Made by a program: the position numbers and the translations under genes | The notes under the pieces: generated by a model | Databases searched by the model: none | What the model was told of the DNA's origin: nothing | The model's input: only the letters and a program-made list of their open reading frames with translations | Shown: positions 28,923 through 32,000 of the stretch, in pieces | How positions within the stretch are numbered: position 1 is the stretch's first letter | Layout: each line of letters starts with the position of its first letter | Assembly (NCBI RefSeq): GCF_018389705.1 | Contig: NZ_CP065581.1 | Location: forward strand, 450,001 to 482,000 | Reading direction: 5' to 3' | DNA: 32,000 nucleotides | Source: Mycoplasma mycoides subsp. capri | Lineage (GTDB): Bacteria; Bacillota_I; Bacilli_A; Mycoplasmatales; Mycoplasmataceae

Positions 28923-29247
28923 AATTTTTAATAATTTTTCAAATTACTTTTTTAAATAAAAATAGATTTTATTAGTAAATAAGTAGTATATTTACTATTT
29001 TTTCTACTTTATAAACGGTTGCTATTATACCATATTTTCATTTACATATTGCATTATATATATATATATATATATATAATGAATGTATGTTATATATGTT
29101 TGGATTTGTATATAACAAGTATTTTTAAAGTTTTTATAAGGAGATATTAAATTGAAAAAACTATTAACTATTTTAAGTTCATTTGGTTTAATTGCTACAA
29201 CTGGTGCTAGTGTAGTAGCTTGTAAAAATGATCAACCGAATTCTTTA
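28923..29247 (+). repeat. Direct repeat copy 2 of the promoter/5'UTR/signal-peptide cassette
   Basis: See copy 1. Carries (TA)12. Confidence 0.85.
29049..29080 (+). promoter_or_regulatory. Candidate phase-variable promoter: TTGCAT, (TA)12, TATAAT
   Basis: (TA)12 spans 29055-29078. TATAAT is at 29075-29080. The spacer is 20 nt. Confidence 0.6.
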
Positions 29248-29586
29248 CAACCTAAAGAAGAAGAAAACGAAGGTTTAACTTCTAGTGGAGAAGAAAATAC
29301 TAATTCAAACAAAGAAAAAGAAAAAGAAGCTGAAAAAGCTAAACTTAAATCTCAAATAACAGTTTTAGAGGGTGAAGTTAAGAGAGCTGAAAAATTATTG
29401 AAAGATATTGAACAAGGCATTCAAACAGTAGAAAAACAAAAAGAACCAGAAAAATTTAAGGAAAACTTAGAAAAGCTAAAGGCACTAAAACCTGAAATTG
29501 AAAAACAATTAGAAACAGCTAAGGTAACTAAAAACGAATTAGAAACAAGATTAAGAGCTTTAGAAAGCGATGTTTCAACTAGTTAA
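29152..29586 (+). CDS. Coiled-coil surface lipoprotein, paralog 2 (144 aa, TTG start)
   Basis: Signal peptide and lipobox identical to paralog 1. Conserved C-terminal EKQLET.KVTK..LE..L..LES. Confidence 0.8.
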   Translation: MKKLLTILSSFGLIATTGASVVACKNDQPNSLQPKEEENEGLTSSGEENTNSNKEKEKEAEKAKLKSQITVLEGEVKRAEKLLKDIEQGIQTVEKQKEPEKFKENLEKLKALKPEIEKQLETAKVTKNELETRLRALESDVSTS

Positions 29587-29771
29587 TTAAATTTAATTAA
29601 ATAGAAGTTTAATAGGTTTTGTTTTTTACAAATATAATGGGTATTGGTTTTAATATCACAAACATTTATATATTTACATACCATCTTATTAAAAATAAAA
29701 ATCTTAAAAACAGTAATATTTATATAAAATTCGTATGAAATTTTATATAAATAATAAATTAATAATGAAAC

Positions 29772-29800
29772 AAAGGCTTGGATAATTTCCGAGCTTTTTA
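29772..29800 (+). terminator. Degenerate copy of the lipoprotein-locus terminator
   Basis: AAAGGCTTGG-ATAATTT-CCGAGCTTTTT. It resembles the perfect hairpin at 30470-30500 but has a substitution and a 1-nt deletion in the 3' arm. Confidence 0.45.
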
Positions 29801-29907
29801 TTATGATTTCTTACTAATTAATAAGTAATAAAACAAGCTATTTTTATAAATATTTCTTTCAAAATATGAAAGAAAAACGCTAATCTTATCATATTTAAAT
29901 TTGTATA

Positions 29908-29935
29908 TTGACATTACAAACATTCTATATATAAT
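29908..29935 (+). promoter_or_regulatory. Fixed consensus promoter of lipoprotein paralog 3
   Basis: TTGACA (29908-29913), 16-nt non-repetitive spacer, TATAAT (29930-29935). Confidence 0.65.
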
Positions 29936-30003
29936 GCACTCTGTTATATATGTTTTGAATCGTATGTAACAAGTATTTTATTTTTTAATAAGGGGTGTGT
30001 AAA

Positions 30004-30441
30004 ATGAAAAAGTTAATTACAATTTTAAGTTCATTTGGATTAGTTATTACAACTGGTACAACTGCAGTTGCTTGTAAGAATAATCAACCAAGTAGTTTGA
30101 AACCTACAACAGAAGATCAAAATACAAGTTTAACTTCTACTCCAGAAAATAACGGATTAGAAAATACAGATTCAATTCAAAATAAAGAAGAAGAATTAAC
30201 AAAAGTTAGAGCTCAACTAGCGCAATTAGAAGATGCTGAACAAAAAGCTAAAAAAATATTAGGACAAATTGATGAAGGTAATAAGAAAGCAAATGAAACA
30301 TCTGAAAAAGAAAAAATTAAAAACGATGTAGAAAAATTAAATGCACAAAAATTAGAAGTTGAAAATGCACTTAAAAAAATAAAAGAAATTAAACAACAAC
30401 TAGAATCTAAATTAAAAACCTTAGAAGGAAAAAACAACTAA
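30004..30441 (+). CDS. Coiled-coil surface lipoprotein, paralog 3 (145 aa, ATG start)
   Basis: SD AAGGGG before ATG 30004 (the track's GTG at 29995 is less likely). MKKLITILSSFGLVITTGTTAVAC lipobox. Same domain layout as paralogs 1 and 2. Confidence 0.8.
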   Translation: MKKLITILSSFGLVITTGTTAVACKNNQPSSLKPTTEDQNTSLTSTPENNGLENTDSIQNKEEELTKVRAQLAQLEDAEQKAKKILGQIDEGNKKANETSEKEKIKNDVEKLNAQKLEVENALKKIKEIKQQLESKLKTLEGKNN

Positions 30442-30469
30442 ACTTAATCTATTTTTTCTAATTAAAAAC

Positions 30470-30500
30470 AAAGGCTTGGATAATTTCCAAGCCTTTTATT
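30470..30500. terminator. Bidirectional intrinsic terminator between convergent genes
   Basis: Perfect AAAGGCTTGG/CCAAGCCTTT stem with a 7-nt loop and T-rich flanks on both strands. Confidence 0.75.
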
Positions 30501-30514
30501 ATATTAATTTTTTT

Positions 30515-32000
30515 CTAGTATTTTTTAATGAACTTAACTTCTGTAATTTCATAAGGTTTGTCTTGAGATTCTAATCTTAAAACAGGTATTTCATGACCAA
30601 ATACATCTTTTTTAATTTTGATTCCAACTACATAGTAAGTTTTATCATTTCATTTAACTTGTTGATATAGTTTAACTGGTTTATTTAATTCTATAACTTT
30701 TGGAGTTTCATTATTTTTATTAGGATTTAAAGCTACTTGTTGATTTGTAATAACTTCATTATTTGAAGTTTGATCAGCTTGAGATGAAGTTATATCTAAA
30801 TTATTAGTTTCTTGATCAACTGAATCATTTGTTTTAATAGTTTTATTTCTAATTTCTTGATCTGTTTTTGAATCTAAAAAGTCTTTATCATTACTATATT
30901 CTTTTAAATCAGTTTCAGGACTAATAGTTCAAATTTTATTATTTATAGTTTGATTAGTTTTAATTAATGGTTCTTGATTATTAGTTTGTTTTAGATCAGT
31001 TTCTGGTTGATTAATTCATAATTTATTTATTTCAGTTTGATTTGAAATATTATTATCTAATTGTTCAGTTAATTCTTCTTGGTTTTGATCACAAGAACTT
31101 TGACAATCACAATTAGTTATACTACATTCACAACCATCTTTTTTATTACATTCTTCTTGACAGTTTGAATTATCTACACAACATTTATTTTCTGTACAAC
31201 ACTTATCAGTTTTGCATTCTTTAATAGAACAAGAATTATTTTCATCACATTTTTTATTTTCACAAGAATTGTTGTTATTAGATTCTTCACAGCATTTGTC
31301 TTGAACACAGTTTTTATTTTCACAAGAATTATTTTCACTACATTTATTTTCTTCACAACATAAATTATCAGAACATTTATCTTGTTTTTCACATTCACAA
31401 TCTTGTTCATCTTGACAAGTATTTTCAACTTCACAACAAGCTTTTTGATCACAAGAATCATCAGAGCATTCTTCTACTTTTTCTTCACAAGTTTTATCAC
31501 ATTCACATTTATCTTCTTGTTTTTCTTCAACTCAATGTTCTGTGCTTAGTTCATGTTCTTTATTAAAATCTTCTTCATTTATATGCGCGTTTTCTTCAAC
31601 TCAGTGTTCTTTACTTAATTCTTCAACTTGATTATTATCAACTAGTTCTTCTGGATTTTGAACTATTGGTTCGCTAATTAATTTTTGATCTAAACTAGTA
31701 TTAGTTTGTTGATCATTTTCAATTCAACTATCTTTTGTTATATCTATTTTTTTGATTAAATCACTAGTTAAATCTTTTTCTTCAATTCATGAATCTTTAG
31801 TTAAATCTTGTTCATCTAAAGTTGGTTCAATTTCTTGTTTTATTTCTTGGTTGTTTTTACTACCATTTTGAATTTCTCATTTATCAATATTAACAGTAGC
31901 TGTACCAAATTCTTCTGGATCTAGTTCAATTTCTTCTAGTTCTTCTAGTTTTTGATTAGCTAATAATATATCATCAAGATCATCTTTTAAACTTTCATCA
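30515..32000 (-). CDS. Large acidic repeat protein with metallothionein-like Cys-rich block; N-terminus outside window
   Basis: I verified the frame with codon starts at positions 2 mod 3 line by line from the TAG stop (complement of 30515-30517) to nt 32000, with 10 in-frame TGA and no TAA/TAG. It carries 33 Cys codons between 31091 and 31507. The track ORF at 31174-31461 is a different, spurious frame. Confidence 0.75.

Noticed and set aside
31174-31461. 95-aa minus-strand ORF from the track (K/I/V/L-rich)
   Set aside because: This is the wrong frame. The neighbouring frame is open from 30515 to the window edge (about 495 codons) and encodes the Cys-rich protein. This frame is open only locally because of the repetitive sequence.

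Overview
Very AT-rich Mollicutes chromosome segment, most likely from the Mycoplasma mycoides/capricolum cluster. Conserved proteins are full length only if TGA is read as Trp (translation table 4), so the standard-code ORF track splits about half of the genes into pieces; I re-joined these by checking frames by hand. The backbone is housekeeping: rluD (partial), a rhomboid-like membrane protein, dCMP deaminase, acpS, plsC, and a Thr-Tyr-Gln-Lys-Leu tRNA cluster that includes an A34 tRNA-Thr(AGU). It continues with rpmG, rsmI, the rplU-prp-rpmA operon, pepV, udk, dinB, yqeH, an Lpd-family flavoprotein, ruvBA and rpsU. Accessory or surface content: (i) a five-gene sialic-acid catabolic cluster (nanA, SSS transporter, YhcH-family, nanK, nanE). 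(ii) A roughly 912-codon membrane-anchored papain-like cysteine peptidase gene in which a 60-nt segment carrying the catalytic Asn is out of frame. (iii) An orphan 133-aa protein with a double-glycine-type leader. (iv) Three tandem paralogous coiled-coil lipoprotein genes: two sit in a ~320-bp duplicated cassette with (TA)8 or (TA)12 between the -35 and -10 boxes (a Vmm/Vmc-style phase-variation architecture), and the third has a fixed consensus promoter. (v) The 3' part of a large acidic protein with a 139-codon block containing 33 Cys codons, which is metallothionein-like and very atypical for a mycoplasma. No rRNA, CRISPR, transposase, integrase or recognisable defence genes were seen. All calls rest on manual translation and motif recognition; no database search was possible.
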